DNA of 64,000 nt from Candidatus Binatia bacterium. GTDB lineage: Bacteria > Desulfobacterota > Binatia > Bin18. Position 1 is the first letter of the stretch. Each line of letters starts with the position of its first letter. Location: contig CAXXHG010000018.1 of the NCBI GenBank assembly GCA_963666315.2, positions 64,001 to 128,000 of the forward strand. The letters are read 5' to 3'. This document shows positions 22,396 to 31,634 of the stretch, piece by piece. The position numbers and the translations under genes are program-made. The notes beneath the pieces were generated by a model. The model was given only the letters and a program-made list of their open reading frames with translations. It was not told the origin of the DNA and made no database searches.

Positions 22396-23784
22396 ATGAC
22401 GGATGTCGTCGACAGGACTCCTACTCGTATCCAGGAAATTGGCGCCCAGGTCATGACCCCACGGGAAATCGTGTCCGAATTGGACCGCTATATTATCGGC
22501 CAGACGAAGGCCAAACGAGCGGTCGCCATTGCGCTCCGGAACCGCTGGCGCCGTCAGCAAGTCCCGGAAGATCTGCGCGACGAAATTGCACCGAAAAATA
22601 TTCTGATGATAGGCCCAACCGGCGTCGGCAAGACCGAAATCGCCCGCCGCCTCGCCCGTCTTGCCCAAGCGCCTTTTATTAAAGTTGAGGCTTCGAAGTT
22701 TACCGAGGTCGGCTATGTCGGACGTGATGTAGAATCCATGGTTCGTGATCTCACTGAGCTTGGTGTCAGCATGGTCAAACGCGAAGAGAAAGAGCGGATT
22801 CAAATCAAGGCCCAGGCCCAAGCCGAAGAACGTCTCCTCGACCTCCTCCTTCCCCCGACACCCTCGTCAGCTGGTCTTGACGAGAGTGCAACGAATAGTG
22901 CAAGCCTCAGCACGCGGGAAAAGATGCGCCGGATGCTGCATGAGGGCAAGCTCGATGAGCGCGAGGTCGAACTCGAAGTCACGCGTTCCGTTACCCCATT
23001 CGTCGAAGTCATGGCTCCCCAAGGTATGGAGGAAATGGAGAGCCAACTCAAAGAGATGTTCTCCCACATCATGCCCAAGCAAACCAAAAAACGCCACATG
23101 AAGGTGTCGGAGGCACTGGAGGTTTTGACGCTGGAGGAAGCTGACAAGCTGGTCGACATGGAAGCGGTGGTCCACGAAGCCGTCCGTCGGATCGAACAGA
23201 CCGGTATTATCTTTATTGACGAGATCGATAAAATCGCAGGCCGAGAAAACGTGCATGGCGCGGATGTATCCCGCCAGGGGGTGCAGCGCGACCTCCTGCC
23301 CCTGGTTGAAGGGTGTACGGTCAGTACCAAGTACGGCATAGTGCGCACGGATCACATACTGTTTGTCGCCTCAGGCGCCTTCCATACCGCAAAGCCGTCA
23401 GATCTCATCCCGGAATTTCAAGGTCGGTTTCCGATTCGTGTGGAGCTCGAATCTCTCACGCATGAAGATTTTGTCCGGATTCTGACCGAGCCGAAAAACG
23501 CACTCCTGACCCAGTACGTAGCGCTGCTTGGCACCGAAGATGTCATACTCAGTTTTGCGTCTGATGCGGTCGAAGAGATTGCGCGTATTGCTGCGGTGGT
23601 GAATGAACGCACCGAAAACATCGGGGCTCGCCGTTTGCACACCGTTGTCGAACGACTCATTGAAGACCTGTCTTTTGATGCTCCAGAGTTAAGCGGCCGT
23701 GAGATCCCCATCGATGCGAAATATGTACGGGATAAGCTGGATGCCATCGTGAAAGACCAAGACCTGTCGCGGTATATTCTGTGA
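22396..23784 (+). CDS. hslU: ATP-dependent protease ATPase subunit HslU
   Basis: [52 protein letters not shown]. Confidence 0.98.
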   Translation: MTDVVDRTPTRIQEIGAQVMTPREIVSELDRYIIGQTKAKRAVAIALRNRWRRQQVPEDLRDEIAPKNILMIGPTGVGKTEIARRLARLAQAPFIKVEASKFTEVGYVGRDVESMVRDLTELGVSMVKREEKERIQIKAQAQAEERLLDLLLPPTPSSAGLDESATNSASLSTREKMRRMLHEGKLDEREVELEVTRSVTPFVEVMAPQGMEEMESQLKEMFSHIMPKQTKKRHMKVSEALEVLTLEEADKLVDMEAVVHEAVRRIEQTGIIFIDEIDKIAGRENVHGADVSRQGVQRDLLPLVEGCTVSTKYGIVRTDHILFVASGAFHTAKPSDLIPEFQGRFPIRVELESLTHEDFVRILTEPKNALLTQYVALLGTEDVILSFASDAVEEIARIAAVVNERTENIGARRLHTVVERLIEDLSFDAPELSGREIPIDAKYVRDKLDAIVKDQDLSRYIL

Positions 23785-23842
23785 CAGGAAAGGACTTTTC
23801 CTGGAGAACACACAGCCTGCTCTCACCTGAGCGATAAACAGG

Positions 23843-23867
23843 AAAGGGCCGAGAATTCTGCCCTTTT
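23843..23867. terminator. Probable bidirectional terminator between hslU and minE
   Basis: AAAGGGC-CGAGAATTCT-GCCCTTTT hairpin with A/T flanks. Confidence 0.55.
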
Positions 23868-23899
23868 CTCCTGGCTCTTTTCGGGATACTCAGACTTAC

Positions 23900-24181
23900 T
23901 TACTTTGAGACACTCAGACTAGACCTGCCCACCTGTACCGGTGCCGACACGCGCATTTCATTCTGCTCAACCGAGTGATGTATAAACTCCATGTTAAATC
24001 CGTCCGGATCGATATCAATATGCTTCCGAATGGCAGCCAGGATATCTCTACGGAGCGCCTCTCTCTTTTTGGGTGTTAAGCCCAGCCGGTCTTCCTGCAA
24101 GACAAGCAGCAGCCGGTTTTTAGCGTCAGTCTTGCTTCCAGTTCCGCCTAAAAATCGCTGAATGATTTGTTCCCATGTCAT
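23900..24181 (-). CDS. minE: Cell division topological specificity factor MinE
   Basis: SKTDAKNRLLLVLQEDR...LRRDILAAIRKHIDID; follows minD. Confidence 0.92.
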   Translation of the reverse strand: MTWEQIIQRFLGGTGSKTDAKNRLLLVLQEDRLGLTPKKREALRRDILAAIRKHIDIDPDGFNMEFIHHSVEQNEMRVSAPVQVGRSSLSVSK

Positions 24182-24184
24182 GAC

Positions 24185-24979
24185 TTAGCTCCCAAAGAAT
24201 ATTTTACCGAGCCGCTGTGCCAAACCGCCATGCCCGTTTAGCTTGGGAATTGGAATTTCTTCCCCTAGCATCCTGCGGACAATACGATCGTACGCCTTGC
24301 CGGATGGCGAGCCACCGTTGAGGACTACCGGGGAGCCCTTATTGCCGGCAATGATGACCGCTTCGTCTTCAGGAACGATGCCCAAGAGCTGGATCGCCAA
24401 GATGTCAAGGACATCCTGTTGGTCCAACATATCACCCCGTCTCACCATAGCCATGGACATCCGATTGATGATGAGCTGGGGATCGCCCAAGGACGACTGC
24501 AGCAATCCGATGACTCGATCCGCATCGCGAACCGGAGAGACATCGGGTGTGGTCACTATAATCGCCTCGTCTGCCGCAGCAACCGCGTTTCGAAAGCCTT
24601 GTTCGATTCCAGCCGGACAGTCGATCAAGACAAAATCAAATTCTTCTTTGAGCTGAGCGGACAGCTCCCGCATCTGATCAGCGCTTACGGCGTCCTTTTG
24701 GTCAACTTGCGAGGCCGGGATCAGAAATAGATTAGAAATCCGCTTGTCTTTGACGAGGGCCTGTCTGGGCTGGCAGCGGCCGCTCACAACATCCACAATA
24801 TTATAGACGACGCGGTTCTCTACCCCGAGGATGAGATCGAGATTGCGTAACCCGATGTCCCCGTCAATCATGACGACCTTCCGGTCATGGCTGGCAAGGC
24901 CAAGGCCGATATTCGCGGTCGCCGTCGTTTTTCCCACCCCGCCCTTACCCGAGGTGACGACAATTGCTCGTCCGCTCAT
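24185..24979 (-). CDS. minD: Septum site-determining ATPase MinD
   Basis: VTSGKGGVGKTT, DIGLRNLD, ENRVVY, DCPAGIEQGF, VRDADRVIG, C-terminal amphipathic LAQRLGKIFF. Confidence 0.97.
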   Translation of the reverse strand: MSGRAIVVTSGKGGVGKTTATANIGLGLASHDRKVVMIDGDIGLRNLDLILGVENRVVYNIVDVVSGRCQPRQALVKDKRISNLFLIPASQVDQKDAVSADQMRELSAQLKEEFDFVLIDCPAGIEQGFRNAVAAADEAIIVTTPDVSPVRDADRVIGLLQSSLGDPQLIINRMSMAMVRRGDMLDQQDVLDILAIQLLGIVPEDEAVIIAGNKGSPVVLNGGSPSGKAYDRIVRRMLGEEIPIPKLNGHGGLAQRLGKIFFGS

Positions 24980-24990
24980 GGCGCGCCCTC

Positions 24991-25689
24991 CTATAGTTTT
25001 CCTTTGTATGGTTCAATCACAATTTGCTCATCAAAAATTCGAGCGACTTCCGGATGTACCGTCCCTCGATGGTTTTGCCCATCCTCCGGTATCGCGATCA
25101 GGGGTCCAATCCGGAGCTGTAGTGGCATAAAATTGAGCGCAACAACCACCGCTTTCGTGTTATCGGGATAGCCGGCATGGACCACCCCGCGCAACGTTCC
25201 CATGACAACCACATCTCCTCCAGCAATAATTTCTGCTCCCTGGTTTACATCACCAACCAGGACGACATCTCCGTCAAAGACTTTTTTCTGCCCACCGCGC
25301 ATGCCGCGCCGTAGGTAGAGTGCGCCATTCCCCTGCTGAGCGGTTTCTTGGTCTTTCTTACGCTCACGGGTTGACAGCAAATTTTGTCGAACGGGCAAGC
25401 CTTCTTTGTACAAGAGGTCTCGGCTTGCCGACGAGCTCGCCACTGCATAACGGAGGAGGAGGCCTTCACGGTGCAGCGTGTCTTTGAGCTGCCACCATTC
25501 TTCCTTATGCAGCACCCGCCCTCCAAAATGGAGAACAATAGGGGAGTCGCGGAAGAAGCCGTTCGCCCGCGTCAGTTCTTCTTCGACGGCCGCAATCACG
25601 TCACAGAACGACGCTTGATCATCGAAGAGGAATGTTGGCCCTCCCTTGAGCCCTTTTATTGAAAATAGCGGCACGCCTTCCTGAGGCAC
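24991..25689 (-). CDS. minC: Septum site-determining protein MinC
   Basis: IKGLKGG N-terminus; beta-helix RGGQ...GDVNQGAEIIAGGDVVVMGTLRGVVHAG; P.QLRIG...PEVA. Confidence 0.93.
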   Translation of the reverse strand: MPQEGVPLFSIKGLKGGPTFLFDDQASFCDVIAAVEEELTRANGFFRDSPIVLHFGGRVLHKEEWWQLKDTLHREGLLLRYAVASSSASRDLLYKEGLPVRQNLLSTRERKKDQETAQQGNGALYLRRGMRGGQKKVFDGDVVLVGDVNQGAEIIAGGDVVVMGTLRGVVHAGYPDNTKAVVVALNFMPLQLRIGPLIAIPEDGQNHRGTVHPEVARIFDEQIVIEPYKGKL

Positions 25690-25733
25690 TCACCACCTCC
25701 ACCCACACACTGACTTTGCCCACTTCGGACGAC

Positions 25734-25781
25734 CCACCACACCTTGTAGCAAAAAAATCGTCAGACTACAATATCTAGTGG
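25734..25781. promoter_or_regulatory. Tandem NrdR-box-like operators
   Basis: CCACCACACCTTGTAG (25734-25749) and CTACAATATCTAGTGG (25766-25781) against consensus acaCwAtATaTwGtgt; 32-bp start-to-start spacing. Confidence 0.65.
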
Positions 25782-25798
25782 GTAAGATTTTTGGGCAA
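25770..25798 (-). promoter_or_regulatory. Putative sigma70 promoter of minCDE
   Basis: TTGCCC (25798-25793), 17-bp spacer, GATATT (25775-25770); the -10 lies inside the stronger NrdR-like box. Confidence 0.5.
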
Positions 25799-25900
25799 GT
25801 ATAGACTTTTCCCTATCCCCGCCCTAGTTGCGAGCTGTGTTCAGACAGGTATAACAACAGCCTGAAGGATTATTGGTACTACGAAGGAGGTCAACGTAAT

Positions 25901-26020
25901 ATGCATAGAGAGAGAGATCAAGAAATCCGCCGGCGTCGCAAACGCCGTAAAGAGGCACTCAAACGTCGCATCAAAGAACTCAAGACACAGGCAAAGGAAC
26001 GCAAAGTGGCAGTCTCGTAG
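25901..26020 (+). CDS. 39-aa highly basic small protein (resembles DUF6800-type proteins)
   Basis: Below the ORF-track cutoff. AAGGAGG RBS at 25884-25890; MHRERDQEIRRRRKRRKEALKRRIKELKTQAKERKVAVS*. Confidence 0.75.
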   Translation: MHRERDQEIRRRRKRRKEALKRRIKELKTQAKERKVAVS

Positions 26021-26064
26021 CCCTGGCGCTGCAGTCTCCCAGAGAATGCGTACGCTCATGTGCA

Positions 26065-26901
26065 TTAGCGTACGTGCAGATCAAAGTGGGCCGTGCCGGA
26101 TCGGAGCGTGACCTTGCCCTGCTGAATCTCAACGACCGTGTAGCCACTGACGGAATCGCCCTCATGCACGAGGGTGAGGGGCCCATCCCCAACCCTCACA
26201 AAGGCCTTACGTCTTGCTGCTTCAGGCGACCACTGTAAAAAACTGACGGCAGAGCCAGCGGGTGCGGAAACGGAACCGTCTAGCGGCTTCGCTATTGCAG
26301 CGTACTCAGCTTGCTCGGCTCGTTCCTTGAGGTTATCTCGTTCGTCTAATGCATGGTGTACATCCCGCCCATCGTGCATATCCCGTCCATCCTGTCCATC
26401 CCGCACCCCCATGGGCTCGGAGGTGAGAGATTCCCTTTCTAGCTCCAGTTCATCATCAGACCTACGTCGCTCTAACAGGTCAGATTGGACCTGTGGTTCA
26501 CTGACAGGCTCAACTCGTGTGCGCTGGGGAGACGGGCGGCGGGCAGGGACGAAGGGAGAACCCTCAACAGAGGGTGATGCAGCCAAGGGGTCACGCTTAG
26601 GGGAGTCACGCCTGGAAACGAGAGGCGAGTGCAACGGAGCCCCCTCGCCAGGACTCTCTGTTGCCAGTGAAGTCCCCCCTTCAGACGTATCGAAGTCTTC
26701 ATCAGGTTGACGAGCAATCCACATTCCGGCCACAAAGCCTGCGAGAATAAAACTCGCACCGACAATCCAGAGCAATGATCTACGGGGAGAGGATGAGGAT
26801 GAACGCCGAGCGGAGAGCGTGAGAAGTCGGGTACGCGTATCCAGGCTCTGCACCCGACTTTGCTCTTCAATCTTTCGGAGTGCATCAAGGATGGTACTCA
26901 T
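26065..26901 (-). CDS. ExeB/GspB-like type II secretion accessory protein
   Basis: MSTILDALRKIE N-terminal signature, one TM helix, Pro/Ser-rich linker, C-terminal HEGDSV.G..VVEIQ...V.L domain; overlaps the exeA stop (ATGA). Confidence 0.8.
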   Translation of the reverse strand: MSTILDALRKIEEQSRVQSLDTRTRLLTLSARRSSSSSPRRSLLWIVGASFILAGFVAGMWIARQPDEDFDTSEGGTSLATESPGEGAPLHSPLVSRRDSPKRDPLAASPSVEGSPFVPARRPSPQRTRVEPVSEPQVQSDLLERRRSDDELELERESLTSEPMGVRDGQDGRDMHDGRDVHHALDERDNLKERAEQAEYAAIAKPLDGSVSAPAGSAVSFLQWSPEAARRKAFVRVGDGPLTLVHEGDSVSGYTVVEIQQGKVTLRSGTAHFDLHVR

Positions 26902-28751
26902 GACTCTCCCTCGACGTAAGATGCTCGGCTCGCGTCGGCTCGCTTGTCACCTTTCCCTGTGGCTACGCCGTTGTAAGGAGAGAGGGGACTCGCCGCCGCC
27001 CCGATGCTGCTCAGACTCGGGGGGGTATACTCAGGCTGGCCTTTATACAAAAGGATAAGCGTTCGCGGGCCAACAATCCCGTCTGCTACGAGACGCTGCA
27101 TGTGCTGAAATCGCGCAACTGCCTTTTGCGTGCGTTGCCCGAAAAATTGGGTGCGTCTCCCTCCAAGCTCTCCAAGTAAAAACGCTCCCTCGGCGTGTTG
27201 CCCAACGTTTGCCAACAAGTCCTGCAACTTCTCGACTGACTTCCCTACGCTGCCAACGCTGAGTAAGGATCCGATCTGTTCAAAATCTTTCCAAAACAGA
27301 TGGGCCTCGCCAAACCAGTTATTGGTAATGGATTCGAGCGGCAGCGTATACTCCTGCCTGAGCTGGACAAGACAATGAGTCTGCGCCATCTGACGGATCA
27401 GGACAAAACGGGTTTCTCCGGAAGGCGGAATGGTAATCCCTACCATCACAGGTAGATCGAGACGCGAGAGGAGTCTGGCATCTCCAGTCACCGAGAGGTA
27501 GTCAAGCTGGCGTGCCGCCGCAATCGCTTCAAGGTCAAGATTGCCCCCTTGCCAGTCGGCCTTCTGTAGAGCCGCACTGTGCCAAGCGGTGAGAAGATTC
27601 TGTGTCGCCTGGACCGCGCTGGCCATCATATCGACCTGCTGAAGCTCTTGGAAAAAGGCAGAAGAAGAAGCCGGACCTGGGATTTCAGGCAGCTGCGAGG
27701 CCGGAGCAGAGAGAGAAGCCCCCGCGTCTTCTTGCGAGGCAAGACCTCTCGGCGTCTCTCCTAGCAATGGCGTGACAGCCGCGGGAGCAACACCTGCAGC
27801 CTCTTCCGGGTGCGATACCATCCAAACCGGTCTCTTCCATGCAGTTGGTACACCAAAAATTGCCCACACAAGAAGGAATCCGCCCATCACCAGCGTAATC
27901 GACGCAGCAATCGGAGACCAACGATAGTGCCGCGCCCCAGTTGCATGCTGGCGTAGCTCCCGCGCGGCCTGCCGAACGATCTGTGGACTAATGCACGTCT
28001 CCTCTTGCGTATAGCCAATAAGGAGGGCGCGATGACACAGGGTATTGATAAGACGAGGTACACCGTGAGAAAACCGATGCACCTGACGAAGACCGCGAGC
28101 CGGAAAGAGTAGCGTTTCTCGTTCCGCTCCAGCAATGCGCAGACGATGGCGAACATACGCGGCGGTCTCTTCTGCATCGAGTGGCCCCAGATGCCAGCGT
28201 AACGTCACCCGCTGATCCAGTTGGGCAAGCCCCGACTGGGCAAGCATGTCGCGGAGTTCCGGTTGTCCCACAAGGATGATGTGCAGGAGTTTCTCTCGTT
28301 CAGTCTCAAGATTGGATAGGAGCCGGAGCTGCTCAAGAACGGACGGTTCAAGATCTTGGGCTTCGTCAACAATCACGACCACACGTCGGCCGGCAGCCTG
28401 TTGGTCAAGAAGGAAACGGTTGAGATCGTCAGTCAGATATTTTTTGCTTGGGGAGTCGGCGGGAAGTCCAAGATCGGCATTAATCGACTGTAAAAGCTCA
28501 ACAGATGAAAGAGCAGGATTAAAAATATACGCGACGGTGGTATGCTCATCAAAGTCGTTGATTAAGGTACGCAGGAGCGTTGTTTTCCCCGCACCGATCT
28601 CTCCAGTCAGCACCACCACGCCATTGCCTTCACTCACCCCAAACAGGAGGTGGCCAAGGGCCTCTTGGTGATTCGCGCTCAGGAAAAGATAGTGTGGATC
28701 CGGAGTGAGGCGAAACGGATTATCATCCAAACCGTAAAACGCTTCATACAT
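26898..28751 (-). CDS. exeA: ExeA/GspA-like AAA ATPase with peptidoglycan-binding domain
   Basis: MYEAFYGL..NPFRLTPDP, TGEIGAGKTT, IVDEAQ, LRLLSNLET, LVGQPEL, GVPRLIN, TM helix, AVARFQ...DGIVGPRT. Confidence 0.9.
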   Translation of the reverse strand: MYEAFYGLDDNPFRLTPDPHYLFLSANHQEALGHLLFGVSEGNGVVVLTGEIGAGKTTLLRTLINDFDEHTTVAYIFNPALSSVELLQSINADLGLPADSPSKKYLTDDLNRFLLDQQAAGRRVVVIVDEAQDLEPSVLEQLRLLSNLETEREKLLHIILVGQPELRDMLAQSGLAQLDQRVTLRWHLGPLDAEETAAYVRHRLRIAGAERETLLFPARGLRQVHRFSHGVPRLINTLCHRALLIGYTQEETCISPQIVRQAARELRQHATGARHYRWSPIAASITLVMGGFLLVWAIFGVPTAWKRPVWMVSHPEEAAGVAPAAVTPLLGETPRGLASQEDAGASLSAPASQLPEIPGPASSSAFFQELQQVDMMASAVQATQNLLTAWHSAALQKADWQGGNLDLEAIAAARQLDYLSVTGDARLLSRLDLPVMVGITIPPSGETRFVLIRQMAQTHCLVQLRQEYTLPLESITNNWFGEAHLFWKDFEQIGSLLSVGSVGKSVEKLQDLLANVGQHAEGAFLLGELGGRRTQFFGQRTQKAVARFQHMQRLVADGIVGPRTLILLYKGQPEYTPPSLSSIGAAASPLSPYNGVATGKGDKRADASRASYVEGES

Positions 28752-28772
28752 AGGCGTCTAGCAGACGGTAGC

Positions 28773-28828
28773 CGTCGCATAAATGCGGTTGGACTTATGC
28801 GGTTGCATAAATGCGGTCGCATTTATAT
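28773..28828. repeat. Four degenerate 14-bp tandem units with a quasi-palindromic core
   Basis: CGTCGCATAAATGC / GGTTGGACTTATGC / GGTTGCATAAATGC / GGTCGCATTTATAT, between the divergent exeA and purM. Confidence 0.8.
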
Positions 28829-28911
28829 TGAGCTGGGCTCAGTAGGGAGTCAAGGCCAAAGCCCATACGGATTGCCTTCACATCTCAGATTCGGTAGAAC
28901 GGGTCAGCATT

Positions 28912-30009
28912 ATGGACCAAGCGCGCGATACTCATTATGCAGCATCTGGTGTTGATAGCACCAAAGCTGAGGCAGGTTTAGATAGACTCCGCGCTTGGGT
29001 CGAGCAAACATTCCCCTTCAACCCCAGTGCTCGGCCGCATCTTCCCCTTGGATATTTTTCCAATATCATTCGTCTTGATGGTCTTACCCTCGGCATTGCC
29101 ATTACTACGGATGGAGTCGGGACCAAGCTCCTTGTTGCCGAGCTCATGGAGAAATACGACACGGTTGGCATTGATTGTATTGCCATGAACGTCAACGACC
29201 TGTTGTGCGTTGGTGCAACCCCGATCTCGTTTGTCGACTATCTCGCTGTTGAAACGTTGCAACCGGATGTGCTCGACGCGCTGGGTCAGGGCCTCTGTCG
29301 TGGGGCTGAGCTTGCGAGGGTTAATATTTCAGGTGGGGAAATCGCCCAGCTCAAAGAAATGATTCGGGGCATTCGAGACGGCAGCGGCTTGGACCTTGCC
29401 GGAACTGCCATTGGCACCGTTCCTCTTGACCGCGTCATTATTGGAAAGGATATCCAGCCTGGAGACACGGTCATCGGCCTGGCCAGCAGTGGTATTCATA
29501 GTAATGGTTTGACACTCGCGCGGCAGGTCTTATTGACGGATGCTCAGCTCACAGTCGAGAGCTATCTCCCAGAGTTCGGACGTACGGCGGGGGAAGAACT
29601 GCTCGAACCAACCCATATTTATGTGCCTGAAATTATCGCCATGTTTACGGCCGGCATCAATCTGAAAGCGCTCATCCATATCACGGGCGACGGCTTCTTT
29701 AATCTCACCCGGACCGAAGCTGCAATTGGTTATCATATTCACACCTTGCCACCACCGCTGCCGATCTTCACCGTGCTACAGCATGCTGGACAACTCACCG
29801 ATGCGGAAATGTATCAAGTCTATAATATGGGCATTGGCTTCTGCGTGATTGTAGCAGAAACAGATGCGGACCGAGTGATGCAGATCATAACCGAGCACGA
29901 CGGCCGTGCCTGGCAAATAGGAACGACGGTTGAATCGCCAGAGCGGACCATCACCATTGAACCACGACAGCTCCAGAGTCGTGAGGGTCATTTCGTTTCC
30001 CTCAAATAG
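28912..30009 (+). CDS. purM: Phosphoribosylformylglycinamidine cyclo-ligase
   Basis: YAASGVD, TDGVGTKL, GIDCIAMNVND, GGEIA, SSGIHSNG, HITGDG, YNMGIG. Confidence 0.96.
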   Translation: MDQARDTHYAASGVDSTKAEAGLDRLRAWVEQTFPFNPSARPHLPLGYFSNIIRLDGLTLGIAITTDGVGTKLLVAELMEKYDTVGIDCIAMNVNDLLCVGATPISFVDYLAVETLQPDVLDALGQGLCRGAELARVNISGGEIAQLKEMIRGIRDGSGLDLAGTAIGTVPLDRVIIGKDIQPGDTVIGLASSGIHSNGLTLARQVLLTDAQLTVESYLPEFGRTAGEELLEPTHIYVPEIIAMFTAGINLKALIHITGDGFFNLTRTEAAIGYHIHTLPPPLPIFTVLQHAGQLTDAEMYQVYNMGIGFCVIVAETDADRVMQIITEHDGRAWQIGTTVESPERTITIEPRQLQSREGHFVSLK

Positions 30010-30020
30010 CCGTTCCTACT

Positions 30021-30377
30021 ATGGCCGACCTCACCACGCTCAATAACGAGTCGCTCATTGAGCTTATCGTTGTGGGAAGAAAAACCGGACAACCACGTCG
30101 CGTCAAAATCTGGTTTGTTGCGACCAATGACAAGATCTATGTCACCTCCGGCAGAGGATCGGACGCGCAGTGGATTAAAAACCTGAAACACACCGCAACG
30201 GTCACGTGTCAAATCGGCTCCACCCAGTTGCAAGCAATCGCCACGTGGCTGGAGGGGTCATACGTTCAAGAAGACATATTTCCGCTGTTTTTTCGGAAGT
30301 ACTTTCTCGCCCGAATCTTCGGCTGGATCGGCTGGTATAGAGAAGCCTTTGCGTTTGAGATCACCCCCATTTCCTAA
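30021..30377 (+). CDS. Deazaflavin-dependent nitroreductase-like (DUF385/DDN) protein
   Basis: GRKTGQPRRVKIWF and QWIKNL motifs. Confidence 0.8.
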   Translation: MADLTTLNNESLIELIVVGRKTGQPRRVKIWFVATNDKIYVTSGRGSDAQWIKNLKHTATVTCQIGSTQLQAIATWLEGSYVQEDIFPLFFRKYFLARIFGWIGWYREAFAFEITPIS

Positions 30378-30473
30378 CCTCCTCCTGGGCACGTTTACCA
30401 GGACCAGCAGTGGCCTCTATATGGGGGGGACGTCACGCCCGCATAGTGTGCTAGAGGGGCTACCATCAGCACT

Positions 30474-30504
30474 GTAGCCTGGATGAAATGACGTGGAATC
30501 CGGG
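30474..30504. repeat. GTAG-class REP-like palindrome
   Basis: GTAGCCTGGATGAAATGACGTGGAATCCGGG. Confidence 0.55.
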
Positions 30505-30930
30505 GACTATGCGCGTAGGGGCCAGAATAGTAGAAGCAGGGGTGGAACGGTCACTGACTAATCCCCAAAACTGCTTTGATATTGGGAGGTTAGAATGGTT
30601 CTCTACAGTGAAGAGAGGGCTATGGCAACGAAACCGAGGAAACTGGGCCATTTGAGAACGAAAGGAATGTGATTTTCAATACTTGCCATAACTGACATAA
30701 CTGTAAGTGATATATGAAGTGAAGGCTGTTCCCCCCTCCTCTCCGTCTGGGTCACGATCTTGCCTGGCACCGGAATAATCTAGCGTTTCTTATCTCTTAC
30801 GGGCAATGCCGAGAACGGAGCGCAGTGGCTTAATCAGCCACGTCTATCGTCCCATCTCGTGAAATGGCCCAATTCCCAACGAATCGTTGCCGGCATCCTC
30901 TCCGACACAGCTCAATGGAAAGCGAGGATA

Positions 30931-30957
30931 GATTCTTCGCTATCGCTCAGAATGACA
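30931..30957. repeat. REP-like element (GATTCTTCGC...CTCAGAATGACA family)
   Basis: Reverse complement of the unit at 44478-44505. Confidence 0.7.
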
Positions 30958-31032
30958 GACAAAGACGATACTCGCTACGCTCCTCTTAGCGTAGTCGCTT
31001 GAATAGAGAGAGGCAAAATTCGGAATATTCCG

Positions 31033-31611
31033 CTACGTAAAGGTCTCTTTGACCTGAAGCGTGAATCCAGGCAGGGGTCGTGAACGGAGGGTATCGCGGA
31101 CGGTAAAGACTTTTCCACGACCGAAACGACGCCCCGAATGATGATAGACTGTGACTTCTTTACGTTTGGGGTCGACAATCCAATACTCTTCAACACCGTT
31201 CTCTTCGTACACAGACCTTTTCTCAGTCCTATCCTTCTGCGCGGTCGCAGGAGAGAGAATCTCGACAACGATATTTGGAACAAGACGGATAAATTGTTCA
31301 GGTTGAGGGGCCGGACCAGCCTTGATCTTAGAATCAGACAGAAAAGACACATCGGGTTCCACCGTATCCCCAGACGGCAAGTCGTAGCCCGCGCTAGAGC
31401 CGAGAATGAGTCCACGTTTCTGTGACCGCACAAAGACCGCCGGTGCGGTCACAATATTTGCTTCTATAGATCCGTGCGGCCAGCTCATCACAATCCTCCC
31501 CCGCAACAACTCATAGTGATTGAGATCACCGGCCGACCGCTCATCCAGCCAGTGCCTAAACTCTTTTTGAGTAAACGTCTCGGTTGAGACAAAAGCGGTT
31601 TGTACAGACAT
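31033..31611 (-). CDS. Uma2 family (PD-(D/E)XK) endonuclease-like protein
   Basis: YELLRGRIVM, EPDVSF, VPNIVVEILSP, KR.VYEENGVEEYWIVDP, LPGF. Confidence 0.9.
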   Translation of the reverse strand: MSVQTAFVSTETFTQKEFRHWLDERSAGDLNHYELLRGRIVMSWPHGSIEANIVTAPAVFVRSQKRGLILGSSAGYDLPSGDTVEPDVSFLSDSKIKAGPAPQPEQFIRLVPNIVVEILSPATAQKDRTEKRSVYEENGVEEYWIVDPKRKEVTVYHHSGRRFGRGKVFTVRDTLRSRPLPGFTLQVKETFT

Positions 31612-31634
31612 GGGGTTGCCCTAATACACTGGAC

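Noticed and set aside
28773-28828. Possible CRISPR array or sigma54 promoter
   Set aside because: The units are 14 bp with no spacers and no cas genes are present. GG-N10-GC spacing occurs but the TGGCAC/TTGC context is missing.
31033-31611. Uma2 nuclease as part of a defence or toxin-antitoxin system
   Set aside because: It is solitary, with no methylase, antitoxin or other defence genes nearby; Uma2 genes are commonly scattered in multiple copies.
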